Assembly (NCBI GenBank): GCA_001600815.1
Contig: BCKZ01000009.1
Coordinates: 708,194 to 742,453, forward strand
Direction of reading: 5' to 3'
DNA from: Alloascoidea hylecoeti
Lineage: Eukaryota
DNA length: 34,260 nucleotides
The notes beneath the pieces were generated by a model. It had not been told where the DNA came from and ran no database searches. It saw only the letters and a program-made list of their open reading frames with translations. The translations under genes and the position numbers were made by a program. Numbering within the stretch: the stretch's first letter is position 1; each line of letters starts with the position of its first letter. Positions 1 to 11,000 of the stretch are shown here, in pieces.

Positions 1-945
1 CAGATAAGAAAGTGTGATTAAACATGATTATAAGCTTTTTGTACTGAAAATATATATGAAGGTTGAAAGAATAGAGAGCAAAAGAATATAATGAAGGAAA
101 AAAAATAAAATGCAAACTTATACTGCAATTCACAAATTAGGAAACTGTTGCTTCCCAATAAAGTTTCTGCATAAAAAAAGCAGTGAATAGCCTTTATGAT
201 CGCAATGAGGGAATTATAACTATAACAATTATTATAGGTTAACAACTTACAATATCCTTTTGTTTCAGCCGTGTAAGTTGCATTGACTTATTTATATAAC
301 TTATACAGTCATTCTACTCAATATGGGCCACTTCTTGAACCAAAATTTTAAGCAGAAAGTACCTGGTATATTATAAGAAGTGTCCACCACTTAATACTCA
401 AGGTACATATAATAAGCTACTTAGCAGTATCTGCTCTAGCTATAATATACCTATAGATAATTTATCATTGAGGTGCTCAACAGTACTTATATACCTCTGA
501 ATTTGAATATAGATGTTATAATCCTATAAATATTCAGTTCATGATAAGCTAAATAATATTTCCTCATTATAGAAGTATCATCCTCCTTAATGAATACTCC
601 AACACTATGGCTTCCGATATTCAACCTACTGCGAATTCTATATCAGGATCCAACATCTTCACTAACATACGAACTGCATTATGCACAGTATCAAAATGGA
701 TTAGTTTCATTTTTTAAATTTTCTAATCGATCACTCTCAACACATATATGCATAAGGAAAGGCCCTTAGGTTTGATAATGATCGGTCCTTACTCACCAGA
801 ACGAGTTATTTTAAGTTAAACTGTTTGAAAGAGAATTTTTTTTTTCTATTTTTAGTTGACCAATAACTATACTTGTTTTTATTACTAAAGATATTAGTGG
901 AAGATAATTAGCTGTTCTCTTTATTTTAGAGGGAACACCCGTTGG

Positions 946-947
<2 letters not shown>

Positions 948-983
<36 letters not shown>
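948..983. repeat. (TA)n microsatellite
   Basis: Near-uninterrupted TA dinucleotide run. Confidence 0.9.
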
Positions 984-1579
984 TTGAAAGGAAGAATTTT
1001 TTCTGAAAAAAAAGGTTAATTTTTTCATTGGGATAAGTTTTTTTATATACAATTTTTTATACCTTTTATGGTCGAGAGATGATCCACGCTTAGAAGATCT
1101 CATGATCATCTATGAGAGATCGCAGCTTCTCCTGAGATCCACAAAATGTGTGATCGAGTGGTAGAAGCTTCGATAAGACATGTGATCAGCGCTTTGCCAT
1201 ATATGGCCGAGTATGTAACATTTATTATCCAAGAGCTATACAATAAGTGTTGTATCGTACATTGTTCAAATGGATAAAGTGTTAGTATAGTTAATATCTA
1301 ACATTAATTACAATACTTAAGCTTCTCAAATTCTTATATGCGTAGAATTCGAATATTCTACTGCCTAAGTTATATTTGAATTTGTAAACACTACTCAAGT
1401 GTATAGATAGTTATCCCCTTATACATTCTTTTTATATGCCCGTATATATATCATATAACTTATACTTAAAAGTTAAAACTACCAAATATATTAAAATTAA
1501 ATGTATACAAAACTAAATCTAGCTAGAGGTTAAGTTTTACATGAATACAACTCATCCTTAAGATAAAAAAATCCAATCT

Positions 1580-2434
1580 TCATAAACCTCTACGTTGATT
1601 TTCATTGTAAAGTTGTCCTTTTCTAAAATTTAATTCAAACAACTTTTTGTTCTCTTCTGTTCCAAAAATTAAACCAATTTCTATCTCTCTAGTTCTGGTA
1701 ATCGTGCATCTTTGATACACATATTCTTCATCTAGATTTAAAGATTCAGGTAAGTTAAAATCATCAGAAAATGAGTCTTTCAATTTATATTCTGGCTGAA
1801 TTGTATGGGTTATTAATGCTTCGTTGCTGGAAATATTAAGCGAATTCGAAGCTGAAACTGGAAATATTGAAATAAAACTTTCATTTTGAAGACCATTCAT
1901 AACACCATGGGAAATTTGTATCTTACAAGTTATGGGAGTCGACCATTTGTGTGGTTGTTTTGGTTCATTATGTATCAATAATTTTGCTCTTATTTCGAAA
2001 TCTACTTTTATATCTTGATAATATCCATTCGTTGATATTTTTTCAAAGTCACCGATGGGATTCGACCATTGTTGTGGTTGTTTTGAATCATTTTGAATCA
2101 AAGCTTTCGCTTNTTGAGTTTCATAATCTGTACATGTTGATTTTTTATCAGAGTCATCGATGTTTTCGTATTGCGGTGGGTTTCTTCGATTCTTTTTATC
2201 AGAGTCATCGATGTTTTCGTATTGCGGTGGGTTGCTTCGATTCTTTTTATCAGAGTCATCGATGTTTTCGTACTGCGGTGGGTTGCTTCGATTCTTTTTA
2301 TAATTCATAATTGATTTGAAAACATTAGTAACTGATTTTTTCCAACTGTTTCTAGTACCGTAATTATGTTCTGGTGAAGTTTGTTCAGCCTTCTTATCTT
2401 CATCAAGTACTGAAATCAAATGCTTTTTGTCCAT
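1580..2434 (-). CDS. Divergent RanBP1/Yrb1-like (PH-fold) domain protein, long form with PPxY repeats (copy A; may be degenerate)
   Basis: 284-aa ORF. The motifs FEIRAKLL..W, THTIQPEYKLK, YVY and IGLIFGTEENKKLFELNFRKGQ parallel recalled Yrb1 ([45 protein letters not shown]). Versus the 31767 copy it has a 14-codon deletion and a frameshifted C-terminus. One N at 2113. Confidence 0.6.
   Translation of the reverse strand: MDKKHLISVLDEDKKAEQTSPEHNYGTRNSWKKSVTNVFKSIMNYKKNRSNPPQYENIDDSDKKNRSNPPQYENIDDSDKKNRRNPPQYENIDDSDKKSTCTDYETQXAKALIQNDSKQPQQWSNPIGDFEKISTNGYYQDIKVDFEIRAKLLIHNEPKQPHKWSTPITCKIQISHGVMNGLQNESFISIFPVSASNSLNISSNEALITHTIQPEYKLKDSFSDDFNLPESLNLDEEYVYQRCTITRTREIEIGLIFGTEENKKLFELNFRKGQLYNENQRRGL
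2142..2301 (-). repeat. 51-bp coding tandem repeat x3 (KKNRSNPPQYENIDDSD)
   Basis: Three near-identical 51-nt units visible in DNA and protein. Confidence 0.95.
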
Positions 2435-3599
2435 GATAAAATTATTATATTAATTACTTGCGATTATGTTAAAGAAAAAGAGCTTGAGTGAAAATAATTT
2501 GTTTTTTTAACGAGAAGGTATAAGAAACCATGTGGAAACTTTAAACAGTGCATAATTATAACAATTGCTGGATGTAAGATAGCAATATTGAACTTCACTG
2601 ATATCCCAATACATCAATTGCATGTTTATGATTATATTTTTAGTAAGTAGTAGTTATTAAATTTGAATGTGCTGCTTTTTACGTGGTCCAAGACTATAGC
2701 TACGTGATACAGTAATTATGTTGTTGTTATGGTATAATTCCTTCTATTATGCTAAATATTATAGGTAGATATAGAGATGTGTTCAGCGTGCACATTCTAC
2801 ATATCCTTATTAATTATTCATTTTAAATTTGGAATTTTAACTTCCAACATTACAATTTCTAAAGTTTCCTATATTTCCATTTTCATTATTAATTTTCATT
2901 TTTCATTATTTCTTTAAATTTAATTAATTAAAATACCTTTAATTGTTTTGGATTTGATGCACTTTCTTCAATTGCTCCCCAAAAGTTTCTAAACTATATC
3001 CCAATCATTTAAATTTTGATTAGTTAATAAATTATCACCATCAAAAAAAAAAAATAATTAAATTAAAAACTTACTGTTTTCTTTCTTTCATTATATATTT
3101 TAATTAATTTCATTTGTCTATCAATAAGCTTTGTTAAATATTCTTTAGAAGTTAATTCATCACCTCCATTATCAAACTCTTCAATTTTTGGTTCTAACAT
3201 TTTTTTAAATTGTTCGTTGTTGGGAATGATAAGATTTCACATTGTGCTATAATATTAATAACATTTGAATATACTTACTTGTTTTCAATTCACCAAAAGA
3301 TAAAGAAATCTCTTTTTCTTTTTCTTTTAATTTCTCAATTCTATCATTTAATTCTTCAACATGCCAATCTTACCTTTGTAACAACATAAAACGTTTGTTT
3401 CTCACAATTCTTTTTAAATGTAGTTTCCCCGATGATTAAAATGATTCTAAAACTTTAACAGATGTTGCTTTATTTATTGTATTATCAAGATGTAATATTA
3501 TATCTAAAACTGAATATGGAAAATTTTGTTTTTTTAAATAATCAAAGATTGTATTTTCAGTTATTTTGAAATATTAGTACTAAATGTTTCTTTGATATA

Positions 3600-3860
3600 C
3601 CGTCAGGTCTGTAGATACCGGATGGTACTATGATTCCAGACACAACATAATTGATATTTTCAACCACCATTTTCTTAACCAAAAACTAATATAAATTAAA
3701 TTTAATACAATTACCAAGATCTATTTAATCTGGTAAATTCTGATAATGATTTTTCAATATACACTTTTTGTGTTTTCTGTTATGGAGTGGGATCTTTTCT
3801 CCGACTTAGAGTATTTAGGTTATTAGAGTCAGTAGCACCAGTCTTTCAACATAATTTTCG
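3600..3860 (+). repeat. Left terminal inverted repeat
   Basis: Reverse complement of about 5180-5415; high identity over about 3623-3807, weaker inward. Confidence 0.85.
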
Positions 3861-4055
3861 GTATCTATTATTAGCTGGAAAATTTTTATTTGGGTATATA
3901 CTAGAATTAGTTTATGGGACGTACTGTCGTAAGGCGCGAGAAATAGGGTGGGATGGTTTGAGGAATTATGACCAGCCATCCCAAAACGCGATAATCGGGA
4001 GCATATAAAAGTACTTTGTCTTTCAATTGTCACCAAGCCTCCATAATAAGTCCAG

Positions 4056-5249
4056 ATGACTCGTACAGGATCTGTGCAGAATTAGAATGAGCTTCAGAAT
4101 ATGTTAGTCAACGCGGCTGTCGATTATAAGCGAAAACACATGAATCAGTCGTTCCGGAAGGTTTCTAAAAAATCTCTGTTCCAAGATCAACTTTAAACGA
4201 ACGTTTCAATAGTTCATCATTGCAAAAGGATTCCTACATTTCTCAAATGGTTCTGACTCCCCTTGAAGAGCAGGAGCTTGCTCGGAGGTTGTTGTTTTTC
4301 TCGTTTGTCGAATGCGTGTGTGCCGATGGTTCCAGAACTGCTCCACTCATTATATTTAAAAAAAAGGAGGATGATGATGTCTCACCTGCTTGGGTAACTG
4401 ATAATGAAGATAGGACACGAAAGAATTGGGTATTTACATGTTCCGGTTCTGGTTATATAAATGGAGATTTGATGTTAAGATGGTTACACGAATTATTTTT
4501 ACCCCATATTGCGTACGAAAAAGGACACATTATTTTATTAGACAGGCATTCTAGTAATATTTCATTTAGACTAGTTATGGAATTTATTAAATATAATAGT
4601 CGACTCTTTATATTGCCTGCGCACACTAGCCAATTGACGCAGGTATTAGACGTCTCTTGTTTTGGTCCTTTTAAAAAGAGGTTGAAAAACATCTATGACG
4701 AAATCCTAGTAGATAAACCCAACAATCATAGAGCACAAAAAGGAGAATTCATTGAAATATATAAAAAGGCCAGATTTGATCCAATAACAGCTAGAAATAT
4801 TCGTTCTGGTTATAAGGCAACTGGAATATACCCATTTGAGCCAGAGAAGATTTTATCGAAACTTGGAGAAGTTTGGGTGGAAGAAAAAACGAAAAAATCC
4901 GAGAGAAATTTCATTTTATATGAAGATTTGGAGGGAGAATTAAAATACGGAACGTTTGTGAACGAAGCTCACGAAACGATGTTGGAAAGGCTGAAAATAT
5001 ATGTATCGGAGGATGAATTTCGTATTTGGAAGAATTGGCTTGGGGTGCAAACAGGCTTTATTATCAAATACATCCACCAATACTCTTGAAGATCCCTTAA
5101 AAGCTATCCGGAGTGGACTTAAGACTTCTAAGAGGGGGAAAGCACTCATAACACATAATTCCTCTGAGATAACGAAGAGAAATGCTTGTCGTGAGATTGG
5201 TGCTGATGAGCTGAATACACCAAGTCGGAGAAAATATCTCACTCCATAA
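4056..5249 (+). pseudogene. DDE_1 (CENP-B/pogo-like) transposase pseudogene
   Basis: HTH-like SFRKVSKK/SVPRSTLNER...LTPLEEQEL, then VECVCADG..PLIIFK, SGYIN..L..WL, ILLLDRHSS, LPAHTSQLTQVLDVSCFGPFKK, GYKATGIYPFEP. It has a stop and frameshifts, and an internal deletion removes the second HTH and the first catalytic Asp (DETG) region. Confidence 0.9.
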
Positions 5250-5415
5250 TAGAAAACGCAAAAAGTGTATATTGAAAAATCATTATCAGAATTTACCAGA
5301 TTAAATAGATTTTAGTAATAGTATTAAATTTAATTTATATTAGTTTTTGGTTAAGAAAATGGTGGTTGAAAATATCAATTATGCTGTGTCCGGAATCCTA
5401 GTACCGTTCTGACGG
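5180..5415 (-). repeat. Right terminal inverted repeat
   Basis: Inverted match to 3600-3860. Confidence 0.85.
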
Positions 5416-6019
5416 TACATGTATATATGTATAACTTCAGAAATATCTAAGTTTTTTGGATGCCATTTTTAAATGTCAAATAAAATTTAAAGGGATGGGA
5501 AAAGAAAGGAGGTGAGGTGCAGCTAATTATCTACTACTAATATTAAACCGTTATATAGTGAATATTACCCTGTTAGATCTGGAACCTATATATATATATA
5601 TTGTTTTGATGATACCAAGAGTGTTGGTATAAAAATATCATTCTTATGATGGAGGTGATCGTTGAAGGTTAATTCCTGAAGGAAATCCAGTAAGTATTTT
5701 CAAGTTGTTCTTAGTTTTCTTCTGTTAAATAATTGAGATTCTTGGAATCTTACTTTTTTCCATTCTTAAAATTTTACTTTGGAGAGAGAAGTTCGGTATT
5801 ACTAACATACAAGCAAGTAGCCATAGTCAATAATGGATATAAGTTTTATTAACAACCAGTTAAATGTATTATGAGGTTACAATTTTCAATTCCGTTGCAT
5901 GGTATATCAAGAATCACCAAAACTTTAATCCTTCTTCTACTTTTTTTCTTTGGTCAAAGATCTCACAAAAAGGTCTTTTCATATCATTTGAAGCCTGTAA
6001 TTAATTGATAATATATATT

Positions 6020-6799
6020 ATGTCCTTCATAAGTAGGACTTCAATAAAACCTCGGTTGCTTTACATCTGGTTTCTCCACTAGCGATTACCCTTAAACCTC
6101 AATAGAACTTATTATCTTTCATAGATGATGGTATATTGGCCTTAGTCGTTCCTATAATTGCATATTGGTATTATTCTTCTCTTTTTTATTTAATTGATGT
6201 TAAAGATTGGTGGCCCCAGTACAGAATTCGTCCCCAGAAGAAATTGCAAAGAGGAACAAAGTTAGCTTGAATTCAGTCATCGCTGAGGTTATTTCTCAAC
6301 ATATAATACAAACATTAGCCAGACTGATACCCGATGACTGGAATGGAGATTTTTGAAATGTAAGAAATTAAACAAAGGTTCCCGGTGGTTTCAGATAATA
6401 TCATATATGTTTGGTATTATTTCATTCTTTCCGCCATTAGAACCTTCGCGCACTTTTACCTTCATTGATTCCTGGCAGTACTTTTTACATTGTTTAATAT
6501 TAATGCAAACAACCGGATTTCTTTGTAAGCATTTGCACTCCGTTCATCATCGTCTTTATGTTCCATACGCATATGGCGCTTTATATAATCATCCATTGGA
6601 AGGTTTTTTGTTGGATACTTTAGGAAGTGGCCTAGCTTCAATGACAATAGGCCTCACACCTCGGGAGTGCCTATTTCTCTATCCTTTTGCAAAATTGAAA
6701 ACAGTCGATGATCATTGTGGATATTCTTTACCATTAGATCTATTTCGAAAGTTATTCCCCAGTAATGCAGTTTATCACGATCTTCATCTTTTGATCTGA
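6020..6799 (+). pseudogene. SUR2: Sphingolipid C4-hydroxylase (SUR2-like) pseudogene
   Basis: DGILALVVPIIAYW..YRI/EEIAKRNKVS..QHIIQT, DSWQYFLH, HSVHHRLYVPYAYGALYNHPLEG, KTVDDHCGYSLP, NAVYHDLH. It has a stop and frameshifts and is truncated within the last His box. Confidence 0.88.
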
Positions 6800-7080
6800 G
6801 ACCAAATTGGTACCTGCATTGGTCATTTTGACTGTTGGAATCGATTCAAATCCTTCATCACTTAACTATTTCCGCAATAATAAACTTATTAGAAACCCGT
6901 TCTTTATCTTTCAACTTATCATCTTTTGGTAGCAGCAACCTACCATAATCATTCATTTAAGTATATTTCTTAAAGCCAGGACAGACGAGTCACCACAACC
7001 ATGAAGGCCAGTTAAAACATATTCATTGTCACCATCACAATTTTCAATTTATTTTGTTCTTCAACCCATATTAATAAGTT
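6800..7080 (-). pseudogene. METTL25/RRNAD1-like methyltransferase fragment
   Basis: EYVLTGLHGCGDSSVLALRNILK*MIMVGCCYQKM matches the family motifs GLHxCGDL and VGCCY; in-frame stops present. Confidence 0.7.
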
Positions 7081-7121
7081 TGTGAGATCATTAACAGTAC
7101 TTGATCTTTGTGTAATATATC

Positions 7122-7545
7122 AGTTTCAAGTAATGAACTCAGTGAAGTCGATCAAGAAGATTAGAAGGAAGTCATGATTAAGGGAAATAATGATGATACA
7201 GTTGAATTTGATGGCATTATAATTTATTTTCCTGTATTTGGCGGTGAACAAGATCAATATATCCAACAAGACCTGAAGTAATATATATCTCTACTATATG
7301 TAGTCTATAGAAATTTAACACTCAAATTATTGGTAGATCGCCAGAGAAAGACGTTGAAGGATTGAGTCATCTTAATATCCAAATATGTACCACAACATTA
7401 GATACTTAGACAAAGAAGAGAAACAAACAAGTCTATTTCTTTGTCTTTGGTCGAGATACTTGAGCATCCTGGAATCTACAACTCTTTTTGATTCCCTACG
7501 GTAATATTAATATGTTCTATGGAAAGACCATTACTATACCTTTAA
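7122..7545 (+). pseudogene. MTD1: NAD-dependent methylenetetrahydrofolate dehydrogenase (MTD1-like) fragment
   Basis: GNNDDTVEFDGIIIYFPVFGGEQDQYIQQ ... SPEKDVEGLSHLNIQ/NMYHNIRYLDKEEK ... LVEILEHPGIYN ... PYGN..FYGK, compared with recalled Mtd1 NGIMVYFPVFGNAQDQYLQQVVCKEKDVEGLNHVYYQNLYHNVRYLDKE. Stops, frameshifts and an intron-sized gap are present. Confidence 0.85.
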
Positions 7546-7554
7546 AATAATAGA

Positions 7555-7880
7555 AAAAGAAGATGAGTCTTTTAATTTATATTGTTAATTTATTTTGGAT
7601 GAATTGTATGGCTTGCTAATGATTTGCTATTGACATGAGTTTTGACCGAAGCTGAATGTGTCACAGGATATATTGAAAGAAAACTTTCTCTTTGAAAAGT
7701 AATTAAGTGGGAACCACAGTAAAATGCTACCTCACAAACTATGGGATTCGACCATTTTTGGGGTTGTTTTGAATTATTTTGAATCAATACTTTTGCTCTC
7801 TTTTTGATTAACATATATGTTTTTCTTTTTGAAAGGAGCTGAGATTACCATGATCAATTACTGAAATCAAAATGAGCTTA
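7555..7880 (-). pseudogene. Divergent RanBP1-like family fragment (copy B)
   Basis: LISVIDH..., RAKVLIQNNSKQPQKWSNPIVC...ESFLSIYPV...SLASHTIHPK*, then YKLKDSSS. A clear paralog of 1580-2434 and 32998-33621, truncated. Confidence 0.8.
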
Positions 7881-8000
7881 GTAAGGAGGAGTTATAAATT
7901 TCAATATGTTGAAAATGTGCTTGTAGTTGGTCGTGTTGTTATGGTACTGGTAAATATTCTAGGTACGGATACAATTATAGAGCTATACATGTAACTTATA

Positions 8001-11000
8001 TTATTTATTTATCTTATTTACTGCAATCCCAATTTTATTGTACAGGAACCGCTTACTTGCCTCGTCTGGAATAGGAATAAACGGACCTTGTTTGCCCCCC
8101 TTAAGCCCTATCGTTATTCCTCCCTTTTCCAGCGTAATACTCCGGATTTGAGGGTAGCTAATAACCCATCGGGTGTTCATTTTCCCAAGAGAAACAAGCA
8201 TCAATCGTCTAAAAGTGACGATAATCGCCTTTTCGTCTCCTGGTAAACAAACATGCGCAATATACTCCTCTTCCTTTGCGAAATTCCCACCATTTACGGT
8301 CTTCAACCAAAATTGGCCCTGCGCTTCCCGGTGGGAATAAGGTTTGATAACCCCATCGTGGCCCACATATCTTGTTAAGCGAACCCGCTCTAATGCTCCT
8401 TGGTCAAAAACAGTCGTTGTGTTGCGAACTCCTTCACTAACACTAGATGCCATATCTAGCAGCCCAATGGCGGTTTTAGTAGGTAACCCAATAACACCTT
8501 TACCTAATCCTTTGAAAAACCCAGCGGCTCCTTCTTCTGCAACCCCCCGCATTGGACTTAATGCTATCCCAGCAATACCACTAGCTAAATTTTCTGCAAA
8601 TGATGTGGCTCCTTGTGTTATCCCATATAACGCATGTACTGGCCGGTTTCGATTTTGAACCAACCTTCTCTTTTCTTGATATCGCTTATCCATAGTTGCA
8701 ACAGATAATCCTTTAGCTGCACTACCCGTTAATCTAGAGATACTATCTGAAATCCCAAAGACAGATTTCTTAACAAAACTCAATCCCCCTTTAGCCAATC
8801 CAATCCCTAGTTCTTGTGGTCTATCATTCATTATAAATCCCTGATATGGTTGATAAAAAATATCCATTACTCCCGAACTAATATTACTAAATAAACCAAC
8901 GGGATTCCCAATAAAATCAGCTGATCCCAATATTTTATGGACCTGATAAATCGATTCTTGTGAATAATGTGTTGTAATTGATTGTAGCAATATAGGTATT
9001 GGAACCTTAACATTTTCCATAAATAATGCGTTTAATCGAACAGGTGCATCATTAATATTACCGATTGCCATTGAAAACATATCAAAAATAAAAATTAATG
9101 GTCCTGAGATACTTGATAATGATAAAAATTGAATATTATCAGAATTAACTGCATGAGTCCTCATAAATGATAAATCTATTTGAATCGGCTGAATATGTAA
9201 TGCTTCAAAATATATATTTAACCCATTTGATGTTTTTAAAGGTTCAGGAATAACTAAATTTTCAAAATTTGGCAACGATTCATCTTCAATTTTTTGTTTT
9301 GTGAAAAATGATCCTGTTTGTGATGCAAATTCAATCAATGCTAATAAAAAATCTTCATCTAAATCAAGCGCCATTTCTTGTAATAAAATCGTAGCATATT
9401 TAACAAATATAACTCCATGACTTTCATCCTTAACAATTGAAATTGACGATGAAATACATGGATGTAAATCCATACTTTTTCCATTTTTGGGTATAATTGT
9501 TGGATATAAAACAATTGGATAAATTCCATTAAATAACTGATTATCAATTTGTAACCATTTTAATTTAATACTATAATTTTGATAAATTTTTGATTCAATA
9601 TATTTTAACTCTGTTCCTTTTAAGGTAATATAACATAATTCTTTTAAATTTGAATTTATAATCGATATGCCAATTGTTTCAAAATTAATTAAAAATCGTG
9701 TCTTAATTGGATCATCGCTGTCATCAATTTCAAATTGTTCATTGTCAATACTCGATGCTAAGCTTTTATTTGACGATCTATACTGTTCAGTCAATTGATA
9801 TAAATTAAATTCTGAATTATATTCTGATATATATAATATTTGAACGGATCCTTCAACAGAAACATTAAATTCTAATATTTTCATTGCTCCTTTTGAATCG
9901 ATACATTTCATTGGTAATAAAGTACCGATTTCCGCAAGTTGAATCCTTCTTTTACTTTTTCCAATTTGTAAAATTAATTCCTTTTTACTAGATGCTGGAT
10001 AATCCCATGAATATGACATTGAACTTTTACCAGGTACCATATATTTAATCGGTTTATAATTATGTTTTAATGCTAATGTTGAATTTGAATTTGAATTTGA
10101 ACTTGAACTTGAATCTAAAATTGAATCGCTTTGATAATAAATTATATCAATATCACTATAATTTCGAATTGAATATGGCCATTGATCTTTTGCATCTTCA
10201 ATATGTATAAACAATGTTGCATCTTCTAATAACACATTAATTAATAATAATGTTGTTATAATTCTTTTAGATTGTGGCAATTGTCTTCGAACACGTAAAT
10301 ATGTTTTGCCAATATCATTAATACTAAATGCCGATGACCATATGATTTTTGATTTATTTGGATTATTATTTTTATTTGTTGGAAATCCTAAAAATATTGT
10401 TTTTTCTTTTGTTGATCTTATAAATTTTAATGACATTAAATCATTTGGATCCAAAATAAATGGTTCATTATCATCATCATTATTTTCAACGATATGAATT
10501 GTTTCACTTAATTTATTCTTCAAAACAAATCTTGGTGATATAGTAACCATTTTAGAAAATCTATAAATTCCAACACCCTCATTAACGGAAACCCCTGCAT
10601 TTATTTCTCTTTGCTTTGTTGATGAGTTCATTGCAACGTTGAAAGAACTACCAATTGCATCTAAACTGATTGGTTTACTCCATTCTGAATCGCCAACTTT
10701 TAGTAATGCTCGTCTATTTGTATCATTAACATCAAACGAAAACATGCTGGGTAATGCTTTTTTAATACTACCATTTGTTTCAGTATCATAAATTGATGAA
10801 ACTTTAGAAACAAGTGTATTATTATTTCTTGTTGCATTTCTTGCTAAATTCTTATTACTTGTTAATTTTAATTCTAAACCAGTTTTATTTAAAATTAAAA
10901 ATGGTGAACTGATATAAATCTTGATACCACGTCCTTCCTTTTCGTTTGTTTCATAGTTTAATCTAATGGTCAATTTTTGACCAGTTTCATTATTTTCAGT

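Larger units (their letters stand above)
3600..5415 (+). mobile_element. pogo/Fot1-type (Tc1/mariner superfamily) DNA transposon, defective
   Basis: TA|CCGTCAG at the left end and CTGACGG|TA at the right (TA target duplication at 3598-3599 and 5416-5417). Inverted repeats exceed 200 bp. Internal HTH and DDE_1 transposase remnants. Paralogous empty site at about 31270-31356. Confidence 0.92.
2818..5466 (-). pseudogene. HOP2: HOP2/TBPIP meiotic recombination factor pseudogene (copy 1), interrupted by a DNA transposon
   Basis: Spliced minus-strand fragments: IFDYLKKQNFPYSVLDIILHLDNTINKATSVKVLESF*; EKQTFYVV; coiled coil VEELNDRIEKLKEKEKEI; IYNERKKT; FRNFWGAIEESASNPKQLK; ETLEIVMLEVKIPNLK*. GTAAGT donors are present, with an in-frame stop and frameshifts. 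Putative ATG at 5466 lies beyond the transposon. Confidence 0.8.

Noticed and set aside
250..720. Possible decayed coding sequence
   Set aside because: Several stops in every frame examined and no family recognised.
1510..1530. CTAG near the shared 3' boundary of RanBD-like copies as a Helitron end
   Set aside because: No subterminal GC-rich hairpin, and homology continues past the CTAG.
2142..2301. Possible CRISPR-like array
   Set aside because: Head-to-tail repeats with no unique spacers, coding, in a eukaryotic context.
1951..2310. 119-aa plus-strand ORF with repeats (and 31518-31928 on the minus strand)
   Set aside because: Antisense to the RanBD-like ORFs; the second also spans the N gap.
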